DNA from: Minisyncoccia bacterium | Lineage (GTDB): Bacteria; Patescibacteriota; Minisyncoccia; Phycocordibacterales; UBA9973 | Direction: 5' to 3' | NCBI GenBank assembly: GCA_039809265.1 | Contig: JBDHUR010000001.1 | Location: forward strand, 5,914 to 69,913 | DNA: 64,000 bases | Part shown: positions 1 to 9,478 of the stretch, piece after piece | How the letters are laid out: each line of letters starts with the position of its first letter | Numbering within the stretch: the stretch's first letter is position 1 | Made by a program: the position numbers and the translations under genes | Notes under the pieces: generated by a model | The model's database searches: none | Told to the model about the DNA's origin: nothing | Seen by the model: only the letters and a program-made list of their open reading frames with translations

Positions 1-669
1 ACTTTTACTCAAAAGCGGTGCTACGGGTATGCCAGTTGGATTTACTGATGTCTGAAATGTCTCCACACAACCACCAGCATCAGTTATTGTTACTGAATTT
101 ACTGGAGTAAATGTCTGAATTGAACCACCTGTAGTAACCAAAATACCATTTTTATACCATTCAGCTGTAAAATCTAAATTAGCAAACTGTGGAAAAAGTT
201 CTATTTCTGCATAAGCAGAACCATCCGCTGTTGGTGTTGGTGTATTTATTGCCATTTTAGAGGCAACACCCGATCCAAAAAAGAATTCTACCGGCACCAA
301 AGTCATATGGCTTTGGAGTGTACCACATCCGTAAGCAACATCAATATTATAAGTACCAGTTAAATCATACGAATCATACCTGCTTACCGAACCTACATTT
401 AATACAACATTACCGTTATAATTCGTAAACTTCGTAAAAATTTGTCCGTCAGGTCTTGTTACCGTAAATGCAGTTGTGCAATTCGGATCAAATCCGCTTG
501 TTTGTAGCATAATTTCAATTGGAACACCAGATGCTACATTGGAAACACAAGCTGTATTGGTGCTTTGACCGTTAACCATGGTTCCAGTAACTGTTACTGT
601 TTGGGCATTGTTCGTAAGCGGGAGCGATAGCGCTACAACCGCCAGCATAGTAATAGCTGTTTTTCTCAT
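1..669 (-). CDS. Secreted Bacteroidota-like beta-rich protein (partial, runs off window start); possible T9SS-type cargo
   Basis: Not in the ORF track; translated by hand from ATG at 669: MRKTAITMLAVVALSLPLTNNA|QTVTVTG...VTITDAGGCVETFQTSVNPTGIPVAPLLSKS, open to position 1. Has a signal peptide, a 'VTITDxxGC' motif and an upstream TTGACT(727-722)-17bp-TAGACT(704-699) promoter. Confidence 0.75.
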   Translation of the reverse strand, partial: MRKTAITMLAVVALSLPLTNNAQTVTVTGTMVNGQSTNTACVSNVASGVPIEIMLQTSGFDPNCTTAFTVTRPDGQIFTKFTNYNGNVVLNVGSVSRYDSYDLTGTYNIDVAYGCGTLQSHMTLVPVEFFFGSGVASKMAINTPTPTADGSAYAEIELFPQFANLDFTAEWYKNGILVTTGGSIQTFTPVNSVTITDAGGCVETFQTSVNPTGIPVAPLLSKS

Positions 670-739
670 TTATATATGTATTTTTTAAGATTTCCAACAG
701 TCTAACCTATTTTTAGGAAAAAGTCAAGTGTATTGAGAT

Positions 740-2410
740 TTAAACTATGTTTTCTATGCGCAAACGAAGTTCCTCTCTGCCTGCAAAATTTGAAAGCTCA
801 AAAGAACCAAAAAGATTTATGGACACACCTTTCTCCAAAACTTTGGTATATGAAGCTCGTGTCTTGAAAAAAGCTATAGCTCGCAAGGGTTTTCCGGAAT
901 TATTCTCAAAGCAAAGCTCCAAATGATTGCCTTCCTTACCAAACTCTTTGGCGCTTTGGATCACGATATTTTCAAAAAGAAATACAGGTTTTGGATTGCC
1001 AGTACCAAAAGGTGCTAGTCTAGCAATATCTCTGTAATTTTTCATATTTACATCATCTATGGTCAGCTTCATATCAAAATATCCTTGTTTTTCAAGGTTT
1101 TCATCACTTTCTTTGCGCAAATCCTTATAGCTGGCAATAAGCTTTTCCTCTAAAAAATGAACTCTTTCGTGGCTTACAGCGAAACCGCCAGCCAGTTCAT
1201 GTCCGCCAAATTCCAAAAATGTTTGATTTTCTATATGAGACATAAGAGAAACTAGGTTTACAGTACCATCTGATCGGCAAGAACCCTTTATAGTCTCCGA
1301 GCCTTCCAAACCCCAGACAAATACTGGCTTTTTATATTCTTCCATAACCCGCGCCGCCACAAGACCAAGTACGCCTACCCGCCACTTTGGATTACCTATA
1401 ACTATAAGCTCTTTTTCTTCTCTTTCTTTTAGTGTTGTGTGGGCTTCACGCATTATTGTCGCGACCAAGGTCTTCCTTTCATCGTTTATTTTAGATAAAT
1501 GTCCTGCCAAAGCGCCAGACTCAGCCGCGTCGCGCGTAGCCAAAAGCTCAAAGGCTCGCATAGGGTTGTCCATGCGCGACGCGGCATTTATCCTTGGTGT
1601 CAGCATAAAGCCTATATCGTCTTCCGATATGGTTCGCTGGTCTACTTTCATCATACGCAGAAGCTTTTGCAGCCCAGGCCTAGGACTTTTCCGCAAAACT
1701 AGCATTCCGTAGTAGGACAAAACTCTGTTTTCTTTCACCAGCGGAACCATGTCAGAGAGTGTTGCCAGTCCAGCCATATCCAGCAGCCACTTCTCCCATC
1801 CGTCTTGTACTTTGTAGTACTGCCTGTATTTTTGTAAAAATGCCTGCACCAAACGGAACACTACTCCTGATCCGCAAAGCATAGTGTCGTTATACTCTAC
1901 CGAAAGTTTTGGGTTGACTATAGCGTAGGCATGGGGCAAATCTTCCTTTGGCAAATGGTGATCTGTGACTATCACATCCATCCCCGCGGCCTGTGCTTCT
2001 GTTACTTCCGCCACATTTGAAGTACCTAGATCTATGGTTATGATAAGTTTTACTCCGTCATCCTTGAATTTTTGAATAGAAGCCATATTTAGTCCATAAC
2101 CTTCGGTATGTCTGTCTGGTATGTAAACGAAAAAATTCTTGAAACCGATTTTTTGGAAAAAGTCGTGTAATATGACCGCCCCAGGAATACCGTCGCAGTC
2201 ATAATCGGCAAAAACTACAATCTTCTCGCCGGATTCTATTGCGTCATATAGGCGAAGCACCGCTTTTTCCATGTCGTGCATACAAAAAGGGTCTGACAAA
2301 TCGCGCTCAAAAGACGGGTTTAGGAAATGTTCTGCCTCTTTGAAAGTATATATGCCTCTACTCTCCAGAAGCTTTGCTAAAATTGGCGAATATGTAGAAA
2401 GTTCGTTCAT
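740..2410 (-). CDS. recJ: Single-stranded DNA exonuclease RecJ
   Basis: DYDCDG, TIDLG, TDHH, DMVPL, PRINAASR, GSCRS, FGGH and APFGTGNPKP motifs. Start probably the ATG at 2410. Confidence 0.95.
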   Translation of the reverse strand: MNELSTYSPILAKLLESRGIYTFKEAEHFLNPSFERDLSDPFCMHDMEKAVLRLYDAIESGEKIVVFADYDCDGIPGAVILHDFFQKIGFKNFFVYIPDRHTEGYGLNMASIQKFKDDGVKLIITIDLGTSNVAEVTEAQAAGMDVIVTDHHLPKEDLPHAYAIVNPKLSVEYNDTMLCGSGVVFRLVQAFLQKYRQYYKVQDGWEKWLLDMAGLATLSDMVPLVKENRVLSYYGMLVLRKSPRPGLQKLLRMMKVDQRTISEDDIGFMLTPRINAASRMDNPMRAFELLATRDAAESGALAGHLSKINDERKTLVATIMREAHTTLKEREEKELIVIGNPKWRVGVLGLVAARVMEEYKKPVFVWGLEGSETIKGSCRSDGTVNLVSLMSHIENQTFLEFGGHELAGGFAVSHERVHFLEEKLIASYKDLRKESDENLEKQGYFDMKLTIDDVNMKNYRDIARLAPFGTGNPKPVFLFENIVIQSAKEFGKEGNHLELCFENNSGKPLRAIAFFKTRASYTKVLEKGVSINLFGSFELSNFAGREELRLRIENIV

Positions 2411-2450
2411 AACGTGCGAATTTACACATTCTATCATACAATGTATTGGT

Positions 2451-2846
2451 ATGAATAAAACAATTTTTGAGAAAATAATAAACCGCGAAATACCGGCAGC
2501 TATAGCTTACGAGGATGAAAACATGATTGCAATAATGGACATACATCCTGTAGCTTTTGGCCATACGTTGCTTATATCCAAAAAGCCATACCAATGGCTG
2601 CAAGATGTAGACGACCAAGTTCTTTCTGCTATGTTTCTGAAAGTAAAGAGGATGATACCTGCCATGAAAGAAGCCTTTGATGCCGACTATGTGCAAGTTT
2701 CTGTTGTCGGCAAAGATGTGCCTCACTTCCACATACATCTTATGCCCCGCAAGCTTAACGACGCACTTCACGGCTGGCCAACCAAAGAATATTCTTCTGT
2801 TGAAGAAATGCAAAACTATGCGGACAAACTAAAATCTCGCCTTTAG
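2451..2846 (+). CDS. HIT family nucleotide hydrolase
   Basis: TIFEKIINREIPA N-terminus and HFHIH triad. Start trimmed to ATG 2451. Confidence 0.92.
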   Translation: MNKTIFEKIINREIPAAIAYEDENMIAIMDIHPVAFGHTLLISKKPYQWLQDVDDQVLSAMFLKVKRMIPAMKEAFDADYVQVSVVGKDVPHFHIHLMPRKLNDALHGWPTKEYSSVEEMQNYADKLKSRL

Positions 2847-2860
2847 GCGAGATCTGTATT

Positions 2861-3985
2861 TTATTTCTTCAGGATTTCAAGCGCCGGTAACGATCCGTCT
2901 GCCAAGAAGTCTATGGTAGCTCCGCCCCCCGTGGAAACAAAGCCGACTTTGTCCATGAGTTTCAGCCTTGAGATTACCTCTACTGTATCCCCGCCGCCTA
3001 CTATACGCACCGCTTTGCTTCTCGCCAGCATTTTTAGCAACGCTTTTGTTGCAGCAATATTTTCTCCTTTGCCAAGCGGGCCGTTCCAGACTATCATTTT
3101 TGCTTTTTTTACATAAGTTTCAAGCAAAGCTAAACTCATATGGCCCATGTCTACTATCGTATCGTCTTTCTTTACTTCGTCGAGCCCGATTTCTCTTTTG
3201 CTGTTTTTATTTTCTACCAGCAAGTCTACCGGCAAGAGCAAGTTTGGCTTCTTTGCTATTTTTTCCAAGCCTTTTACATCTTCGTCTATCAAAGACTTTC
3301 CTATCTCGTATCCTTCTATCCTGAAAAAGTTGTGTGCCAGCGCACCACCGACAAAGACTTGGTCTGCGATTACTATAAAGCGTTTCAGCAGCGGCAGCTT
3401 CGTATCAAACTTTGCTCCGCCTAGGATGAAAAGAAAAGGATGCCGTACTTTTTCATATGCCTTGGAAAGTTCGGAAACTTCCGCCTCGCATTGCAAGCCA
3501 AGCAGGGCGGGCAGAAACTTTGGCACACCAACCAAAGACGCGTGTTTTCTGTGCGAAACAGAAAAAGCTTCGTTCACATACACATCTGCCAAGTTTGCCA
3601 GGGCTTTTGCAAAGTTTTTGTCATTTGCCATTTCACCTTTTTCTCTGCGGACATTTTCCAACAAAAGCGCATCACCATTTTTCATCTTTGCTACTTTTTC
3701 TGTAACACTCGCGCCAATAACTTCTTTTGAAAAATCTATTTTGAACTTCTTGTTTAAATATTTGCGCACAACAGCCAAGCTCTCTTTCCCATCTGTACCC
3801 ATATGCGACACAACTACTATTTTTGCACCTTTTTTCCGCAAATACTCAAGGGTGGGCAGTGTTGCATCTATCCGAAATGTGTCTTTTATTTTTCCATTTG
3901 CATCAACAGGCACGTTGAAATCCGCGCGCACCAAGACACGTTTGCCCTTCCAGCCTTTCATGCTCTTCAATGTCTTATACTTCAT
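2861..3985 (-). CDS. pgk: Phosphoglycerate kinase
   Basis: RVLVRADFNVP, LLENVR, GGAKF, WNGPLG, GGGDT and VSTGGGA motifs. Confidence 0.97.
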   Translation of the reverse strand: MKYKTLKSMKGWKGKRVLVRADFNVPVDANGKIKDTFRIDATLPTLEYLRKKGAKIVVVSHMGTDGKESLAVVRKYLNKKFKIDFSKEVIGASVTEKVAKMKNGDALLLENVRREKGEMANDKNFAKALANLADVYVNEAFSVSHRKHASLVGVPKFLPALLGLQCEAEVSELSKAYEKVRHPFLFILGGAKFDTKLPLLKRFIVIADQVFVGGALAHNFFRIEGYEIGKSLIDEDVKGLEKIAKKPNLLLPVDLLVENKNSKREIGLDEVKKDDTIVDMGHMSLALLETYVKKAKMIVWNGPLGKGENIAATKALLKMLARSKAVRIVGGGDTVEVISRLKLMDKVGFVSTGGGATIDFLADGSLPALEILKK

Positions 3986-3987
3986 AT

Positions 3988-4743
3988 CTATTTTATTTTG
4001 TTTGCGATTTGCAAAATCTTTGCAAACTCCTTCGCATTTAAACTTGCTTTGCCGACCAGAAGCCCAGACACATTGCCTTTCTCTAAAATATCTTCTACAT
4101 TTTTCGCATTTACTGAACCACCATATACCACCCTGACTTTTGCAGACTCTTTGCGGTCGTACATATCTGCCAAAACTTTGCGTATATACAAAACAGCTTC
4201 GTGTATTTCCTCAGGCATTACATTCTTCCTGTTCTCACTTGTACTTATAGCCCAGACTGGCTCGTAAGCAATAACTATCTCCTTCAGCCAAGATTTCTGA
4301 ACTCCAGCAAAAGTTTCTCTAATTTGAGCACCAAGAGCATGCCAAAATGTACCTTTTTCATCTCTGGCATCTTCACCCACACATACTACCGGCACTATAT
4401 GCGACTTCCATGCTTGCTTTATCTTTGTGGAGACATCGGCATTTGTCTCGCCTTTTGCCCGCCTCTCAGAGTGTCCAACAATGACATACCGCACACCTAC
4501 ATCGCGAAGCATAAGACCCGTGACTTCCCCTGTATGCGCACCCTCACTTTGCAAAGAAATATCTTGCGCTGAAAGCATGGATTTATATTTTTTCAAACCA
4601 GAAATAAAGATAGACGGAGCAGCAAGCAGCGCTTCCACTGTCCGCATCTTGCTGGAAACATTTCTTGTGCTTTTGAAAAGCGCTTCCACTTGTGCAAATT
4701 TTGCCGGATTTGCTTTCAGATTCCCAATTACAATTTTTTTCAT
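3988..4743 (-). CDS. tpiA: Triosephosphate isomerase
   Basis: GNLKAN, GAHTGE, VGHSERR, AYEPVWAI and YGGSV motifs. Start ATG 4743 lies 6 nt after TGCTATAAT. Confidence 0.96.
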   Translation of the reverse strand: MKKIVIGNLKANPAKFAQVEALFKSTRNVSSKMRTVEALLAAPSIFISGLKKYKSMLSAQDISLQSEGAHTGEVTGLMLRDVGVRYVIVGHSERRAKGETNADVSTKIKQAWKSHIVPVVCVGEDARDEKGTFWHALGAQIRETFAGVQKSWLKEIVIAYEPVWAISTSENRKNVMPEEIHEAVLYIRKVLADMYDRKESAKVRVVYGGSVNAKNVEDILEKGNVSGLLVGKASLNAKEFAKILQIANKIK

Positions 4744-4759
4744 GCAAATATTATAGCAT

Positions 4760-4795
4760 GCACTAAAAAACACCCGAAAGGGTGTTTTTTAGTGC
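4760..4795. terminator. Intrinsic terminator, symmetric
   Basis: GCACTAAAAAACACCC-GAAA-GGGTGTTTTTTAGTGC, a perfect 16-bp stem downstream of the 4811-5503 gene. Confidence 0.85.
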
Positions 4796-4810
4796 TAAGT
4801 GCGTTTGAGA

Positions 4811-5503
4811 TTACTCTCGTGTCGCAGACATATCTCCGCGAACTTTCTCTATACCGCGAGCTGCTGCTTCCTTGCCGCCAAGACCAAATGCAAGACCGCC
4901 AGCGATGGCAAGCATTGCAATGATACCAGTGAAAAGAATTTGCATAAACTGTGGAGCTACGCCAAGCTGTGAAAGCGCGATGATAAGCGCAAATATCCAG
5001 ATAGCGTAGTAAGAGATGGAACCAAGCATGCGAGCAGAGTGCACGTTTGCAGCCTTTGCTGAGCCTGTTACCAACTTGCGAACAAAGTCCGCAACCACAG
5101 TAGCCACGATAAGTATAAGCGCAGCCACTATCACCTGAGGCAAGTAGTTAAGCACAACTTCGCGCAGGAACTGTGTTACTTGCGTAAGCTTCAAAAGATC
5201 AAGAGCGGTGATAAGGAAAAGCACAATTATAAACCACTTTACGATCGCACCAATGATCGCTCCAGTAGAGAACTTCCATCCCGCCTTGTTAAACACACGT
5301 TCAAGACCTGCACTTTGGAAAAAGCGGTCAATCTTGATAGCGTTCATCACTTGGCGTATAGCCTTGTCAACAACGGAAGCTATGACCCATCCGATGATGA
5401 AGATGATGATCGCAATGATAAGATTTGGCACGAAGCTTATAAAGCCTACCCACAGTGCCTGAAGAGACGTAGTGAAAACTTCGCCCCATGTTTGTATCAA
5501 CAT
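4811..5503 (-). CDS. TM-helix repeat membrane protein (CmpX / MscS-TM-like)
   Basis: Repeated 'F/YxPxxIxAxxIxxxxxVxA' helices and a C-terminal LAFGLGGKEAA motif. Confidence 0.8.
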   Translation of the reverse strand: MLIQTWGEVFTTSLQALWVGFISFVPNLIIAIIIFIIGWVIASVVDKAIRQVMNAIKIDRFFQSAGLERVFNKAGWKFSTGAIIGAIVKWFIIVLFLITALDLLKLTQVTQFLREVVLNYLPQVIVAALILIVATVVADFVRKLVTGSAKAANVHSARMLGSISYYAIWIFALIIALSQLGVAPQFMQILFTGIIAMLAIAGGLAFGLGGKEAAARGIEKVRGDMSATRE

Positions 5504-5583
5504 AATACTTATTGAAAACCTTACTAATAAAGACTTTAAAAGTTCGACCTTATAAAGTGCTACAAAAGTAATTATACCAAGTT

Positions 5584-6222
5584 CTAGAATTTCTTTAAGA
5601 GGTATGTGGATAACTGGCCATTGTCTATAACCTTGTCGTATGGAAAGTCAAGTATGTCGCGTACCAGCTTGTCATACATGTTGAGCCTATATATAAAGTC
5701 CTCTGTGGTAAAAACGGCGTATGCAAGCTCTTTACCGATCTCTGCTTCCAGGCTTTTTATCGTCTGCTCTAGGTAACCGCGTTTCAAATTGTCGCCAACC
5801 AGTAAAAAGTCTACTCTGCTTTCTTCATCCTTGCGGAAAACTCCGGATGTGAGCAAGAGCTTCACTTTGCCTGCCGGCTTAAACCTGTCTACCAAGTCTT
5901 CCCTTTTCATAAAGTCTGCATCTATGAGGAAGTTTTTCATTTGCGAAAGGTATTCAAAATTTGGATTTAGCATCCAGCCAGAAACTTTCTTTGCGCGAAC
6001 TTTTTTGGAACGAGAATTTGAGATTTCTTTCATGAAAGACTTGCGTTTGATAAAACCAAAGGATGCAAGGCCTGCTACTTCTTTGCGCGCAGCTGCGCCA
6101 GAGACGCGGCTGCGCGCCGTCACATCCTTGACTTCAAAACCACGGTCCGGATTTAGTAAGAAAAGACGCATGATCCTGACTTTTGCCACTCCGCCAAAAA
6201 GTTTTCCAAGTATCTCTACCAT
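5584..6222 (-). CDS. Conserved CPR protein: N-terminal winged HTH plus degenerate nucleotidyltransferase-like domain (putative regulator)
   Basis: LFGGVAKVRIMRLFLLNP N-terminus; SGVF...VDFLLVG...LEAEIGKELAYAVF C-terminal part. Family recalled, not searched. Confidence 0.6.
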   Translation of the reverse strand: MVEILGKLFGGVAKVRIMRLFLLNPDRGFEVKDVTARSRVSGAAARKEVAGLASFGFIKRKSFMKEISNSRSKKVRAKKVSGWMLNPNFEYLSQMKNFLIDADFMKREDLVDRFKPAGKVKLLLTSGVFRKDEESRVDFLLVGDNLKRGYLEQTIKSLEAEIGKELAYAVFTTEDFIYRLNMYDKLVRDILDFPYDKVIDNGQLSTYLLKKF

Positions 6223-6254
6223 GGGGGTATTTTAGCATTTTTAGGGAAATAACA

Positions 6255-6292
6255 AAGCCCGCCCGGCTGACGTACGCCAGCCGGGCGGGCTT
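6255..6292 (-). terminator. Intrinsic terminator after rplL
   Basis: GC-rich inverted repeat AAGCCCGCCCGGCTG...CAGCCGGGCGGGCTT. Confidence 0.8.
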
Positions 6293-6316
6293 CTTTTCTG
6301 CCTTAGGAAAACAAGC

Positions 6317-6685
6317 TTATTTTAGCTCTACTTTTCCGCCAGCTTCTTCTATTTTCTTCTTTATATCTTCTGCTTCTGCTTTCTTCATACCGTCTTTCAA
6401 AGTAGCCGGAGCGCCATCCACAAGGTCCTTTGCCTCTTTCAAGCCAAGACCTAGAGCCTCTTTAACCACCTTCATAACGCCTATCTTGCTTTCACCTGCG
6501 GACGCAAGCACAACTGTAAAGCTGTCCTTTTCTTCTGCGCCACCCGCCGCAGCACCAGCTGCAGGAGCAGCAGCCACAGCTGCCGCAGAAACACCAAACT
6601 TTTCTTCTATCGCCTTTACTAGGTCATTAAGCTCAAGCACTGAAGCACCTTCAAGCTCTGTCAAAAATGAATCAAATTTTGCCAT
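6317..6685 (-). CDS. rplL: 50S ribosomal protein L7/L12
   Basis: [11 protein letters not shown] hinge, [12 protein letters not shown] and EAGGKVELK. Confidence 0.98.
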   Translation of the reverse strand: MAKFDSFLTELEGASVLELNDLVKAIEEKFGVSAAAVAAAPAAGAAAGGAEEKDSFTVVLASAGESKIGVMKVVKEALGLGLKEAKDLVDGAPATLKDGMKKAEAEDIKKKIEEAGGKVELK

Positions 6686-6738
6686 AAATAATTTAATTAA
6701 GAATTAATAATCAACAATTTAGAATTGGGAACACAAAG

Positions 6739-7224
6739 CTACTTTGTTTTTGCTACTTCGCCGACTGCAATAGCCAAGCGCTGCATCGGAGATTTGAGTA
6801 AGTATGCAATCTGCGAAAGCAAGACTTCTCTTGGAGGGATGTTTGCTATCTCTAGCATTTTTGTTGCATCCATGTATTTTCCTTCGAAAACTCCGCCGAC
6901 TATGCGCAAACTGTCTTTGTGGTCTTTAGCAAAAGACTGTACCCCGCGTGCAGGAGCCAAAAGGTCCGCCGCGTATGCTATAGCTATCTCGCCATCAAGC
7001 ACAGGCATCTCTCCTTCTATCTTCTTTGCATCCAGAGCTCTTTTTAGCAATGTCTTCTTTGTAACCTTGTAAAGCACATTGTCTTTTTGGAGTTCGCGCC
7101 TCAAAGTGTTGGAGTCCTTCACTGTCAGTCTGTTAAAAGCAACAAAGACTATAGACTCTGCACCCTTCACTGCTTCGCCGAATTCTTTTACCAATTCAAC
7201 TTTCTTTTCTTTTTTAAGTGCCAT
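6739..7224 (-). CDS. rplJ: 50S ribosomal protein L10
   Basis: MALKKEKK, LRRELQ, VTKKTLLKRA and IPPREVLL; directly upstream of rplL. True start is ATG 7224. Confidence 0.95.
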   Translation of the reverse strand: MALKKEKKVELVKEFGEAVKGAESIVFVAFNRLTVKDSNTLRRELQKDNVLYKVTKKTLLKRALDAKKIEGEMPVLDGEIAIAYAADLLAPARGVQSFAKDHKDSLRIVGGVFEGKYMDATKMLEIANIPPREVLLSQIAYLLKSPMQRLAIAVGEVAKTK

Positions 7225-7234
7225 AACTATGTAT

Positions 7235-7352
7235 GTATGTGTAAAAATAAAATCGACCCAAAGGCCGACAAAAAGATGAAACCGCAAAATACGGTTTTCG
7301 CCTCGTGAGGATTTGTGCGTATCCGCTACCCCATTTCTACAGCCTTGCGGGA
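7235..7352 (-). promoter_or_regulatory. Putative L10 leader (rplJL autoregulatory RNA)
   Basis: About 125-nt 5' UTR after a TTGACA/TGcTAATAT promoter. Contains CCGCAAGGCUGUAG...CCUCACGAGG and a GAAAACCG/CGGUUUC hairpin, resembling L10 leaders. Confidence 0.55.
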
Positions 7353-7386
7353 ATATATTAGCAGAATGAAAGAGCCTTGTCAAACA

Positions 7387-7530
7387 CTATTGCACAGCGT
7401 CCAGCTGGCTTTGCTGAGTTTTACCTGTCGGAGATTTTTCCACTTCACCGCTGACGAAAAGAAGCGCAATGCCAAGCATAATCATGACTATAAACATAGT
7501 GATAACTTTGAAAAAATGCTGGTTGAACAT
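7387..7530 (-). CDS. Small single-TM protein (47 aa)
   Basis: Hand translation MFNQHFFKVITMFIVMIMLGIALLFVSGEVEKSPTGKTQQSQLDAVQ*. A TAAGAT -10 box lies 6 nt upstream. Below the ORF-track cutoff. Confidence 0.6.
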   Translation of the reverse strand: MFNQHFFKVITMFIVMIMLGIALLFVSGEVEKSPTGKTQQSQLDAVQ

Positions 7531-7596
7531 ACAAACATCTTACCATAAAACAAAACCGCTTGGCACATGCAAGCGGTTTTGTTAGATTATGCTTTA

Positions 7597-9072
7597 TTAC
7601 TGTATCACATCCCAAGTTATTTCTACACGTCCAGGTTGTCCATCTTCTCCTGAGTAATAAGGTAATTGTCCTATGCAAGGGGCTGGGGTTGTTCCGCCGC
7701 CACCTCCAGTGTTACCGCCACCTCCAGTGTTACCGCCACCTCCAGTAGTCCCTCCACTACTACCACCATCTCCACCATCTCCATCTTCTCCAGGATTATT
7801 ACCCGTAGCCACAATTACAGAAGTAAGTTGCGAGCTCTTTCCATTATTTTTAATAGCTTGTGTATTAGTGTAACCCCCGCCCCCACCACCAATACCGCCT
7901 TTTCCATATATATTTCCACTACCTCCAAGACCTGCCGAACCTCTAGGACCAAAGATAACACAAGAATTAAGTATACTTCCATAAACATTAATCATAGAAC
8001 CAGAACTTCCAGAAAGTCCAGCACTTTGACCTGCAATACCGGCTCCTGCAATACCAGCATTACTACCACTTGTACATGGACTAGAATTTGATATTATCCC
8101 ACCATAAGTGTATGTGTAACATAAATATTTTACCTTGCTATTGGGTTGAGTTGCTATAAAATGTAAATCCCCACCCCTACCACCACCACCACCAGAAACA
8201 CTTTTATTTCCAACACTCGTGCTACCTCCGTCAGCTCCATTTTGACCTAAATAGAAATTAGCATTTCCTCCACCCGCACCAGCCAGAAAGTCTTGTATAA
8301 TTTTTCCACCTGCTCCTGGGCTACCAACAACGATAGAAATTGGACCTGAATTGTTTGGTATAGAAAATTGCTCATATGCGCCACCACCACCGCCGCCGCC
8401 TGAAGGGAAGGAAGTACCATCAGCATACCAAGCACTCCAAGTTTTTATATTACCATTATCAACGTTGGGATATGATGGAGCTGCATAATTTCCACCTCCA
8501 CCTCCAGCACCCCACATCTTAACTACAATATTTTTCGCATTTACAGGTGGAGTAAAATTATTTGGTGAAGAATTTCCAAGCGAACCGGAAGTAACCTGTA
8601 CACCATTTGCTATAGTATATATTTGTGTCTGTGGAGTTGCAGTAGGATCAGGTGGTGTTTGCTGACACAATACAAGTTTACCACTACTATCAGCACAGAC
8701 TTGATTACTTTCACTGTTAGTCAAAGTACTGACGTATGTGTTGCCATTTATTCGTAAATCAGAAGTGATATTTGGCAAACCTGTACCGGTTCCACCAGCA
8801 GCCAAACCTACAAATGTATTACCTAAAAGATAAGAATTTCTCCAAGACATAAATACACCAGAAGATCCCGCCACTGCTAGGCCTCCATACTTTGTTTGGT
8901 TTATAGGGCTGACATTTAGCGGAGCTTGTGGATTACAAGAAGAAGGGTTTGTACAACCAGATGGCGGTGGTGCCCACGAACCAGTAGATTGCGCAGAAAC
9001 AAATAGTGTTCCCGCTCCAACAAGTATTGCTACTGTTAAAACTTTTACTGCTTGGATAAATTCTTTTTTCAT
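7597..9072 (-). CDS. Secreted glycine-rich surface/fibre-like protein
   Basis: Signal peptide, WAPP..PLNV..QTKYGGL module, then a Gly-rich domain from VKMWGAGGGGG to GQPGRVEITW resembling tail-fibre Gly-rich domains. Confidence 0.75.
   Translation of the reverse strand: MKKEFIQAVKVLTVAILVGAGTLFVSAQSTGSWAPPPSGCTNPSSCNPQAPLNVSPINQTKYGGLAVAGSSGVFMSWRNSYLLGNTFVGLAAGGTGTGLPNITSDLRINGNTYVSTLTNSESNQVCADSSGKLVLCQQTPPDPTATPQTQIYTIANGVQVTSGSLGNSSPNNFTPPVNAKNIVVKMWGAGGGGGNYAAPSYPNVDNGNIKTWSAWYADGTSFPSGGGGGGGAYEQFSIPNNSGPISIVVGSPGAGGKIIQDFLAGAGGGNANFYLGQNGADGGSTSVGNKSVSGGGGGRGGDLHFIATQPNSKVKYLCYTYTYGGIISNSSPCTSGSNAGIAGAGIAGQSAGLSGSSGSMINVYGSILNSCVIFGPRGSAGLGGSGNIYGKGGIGGGGGGYTNTQAIKNNGKSSQLTSVIVATGNNPGEDGDGGDGGSSGGTTGGGGNTGGGGNTGGGGGTTPAPCIGQLPYYSGEDGQPGRVEITWDVIQ
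7697..7746. repeat. 18-bp coding tandem repeat (about 2.8 copies; GGGGNT)
   Basis: CCGCCACCTCCAGTGTTA twice, then CCGCCACCTCCAGT. Confidence 0.9.
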
Positions 9073-9114
9073 AATAATGATAATATTACTTGATAAATTT
9101 TTAATAATAATTTA

Positions 9115-9462
9115 CTAACAAGAGAAAAGCTTACCGTTACCATCTGCACAGACTCCTCTTTCGCCTGTGCCAGAAAGACTATTCACATACATATTGCCGT
9201 TTACTCGAAGCTCCGCAGATGGACCGCCCAATGAAGAAGATCCGATATATGTAGAACCCCCAAAAAGATACGATTGTCCGAATGTTACAAACTGACTTGT
9301 ATTTTTTGCCACCTCTAAACCTCCTGCCTTTATTTGTGAGTTTGATCCTGTATTTATAAGTGCAGACTGTGCAGTAGAAAACTGTGCTTGCAGGTATTTT
9401 GCGCCAAAACCGATAAATAATCCGAGTGCAATAAGTATGGTTGTAGATAATGCTTTTTTCAT
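9115..9462 (-). CDS. Small secreted protein, paralog of the N-terminal module of 7597-9072
   Basis: QIKAGGL..SYLFG..LRVNGNMYV..VCADGNGKL aligns with QTKYGGL..SYLLG..LRINGNTYV..VCADSSGKL. Confidence 0.8.
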   Translation of the reverse strand: MKKALSTTILIALGLFIGFGAKYLQAQFSTAQSALINTGSNSQIKAGGLEVAKNTSQFVTFGQSYLFGGSTYIGSSSLGGPSAELRVNGNMYVNSLSGTGERGVCADGNGKLFSC

Positions 9463-9478
9463 AATAATAATTTTACGA

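Noticed and set aside
3147-4136. Long antisense ORFs (also 12380-13117, 17804-18607, 34673-35395, 37620-38357, 44258-45052)
   Set aside because: They are mirror frames of well-supported genes, Ser/Phe-rich and without motifs.
7697-7746. Tandem repeat as a CRISPR array
   Set aside because: No spacers; it is an in-frame Gly-rich coding repeat and there are no cas genes.
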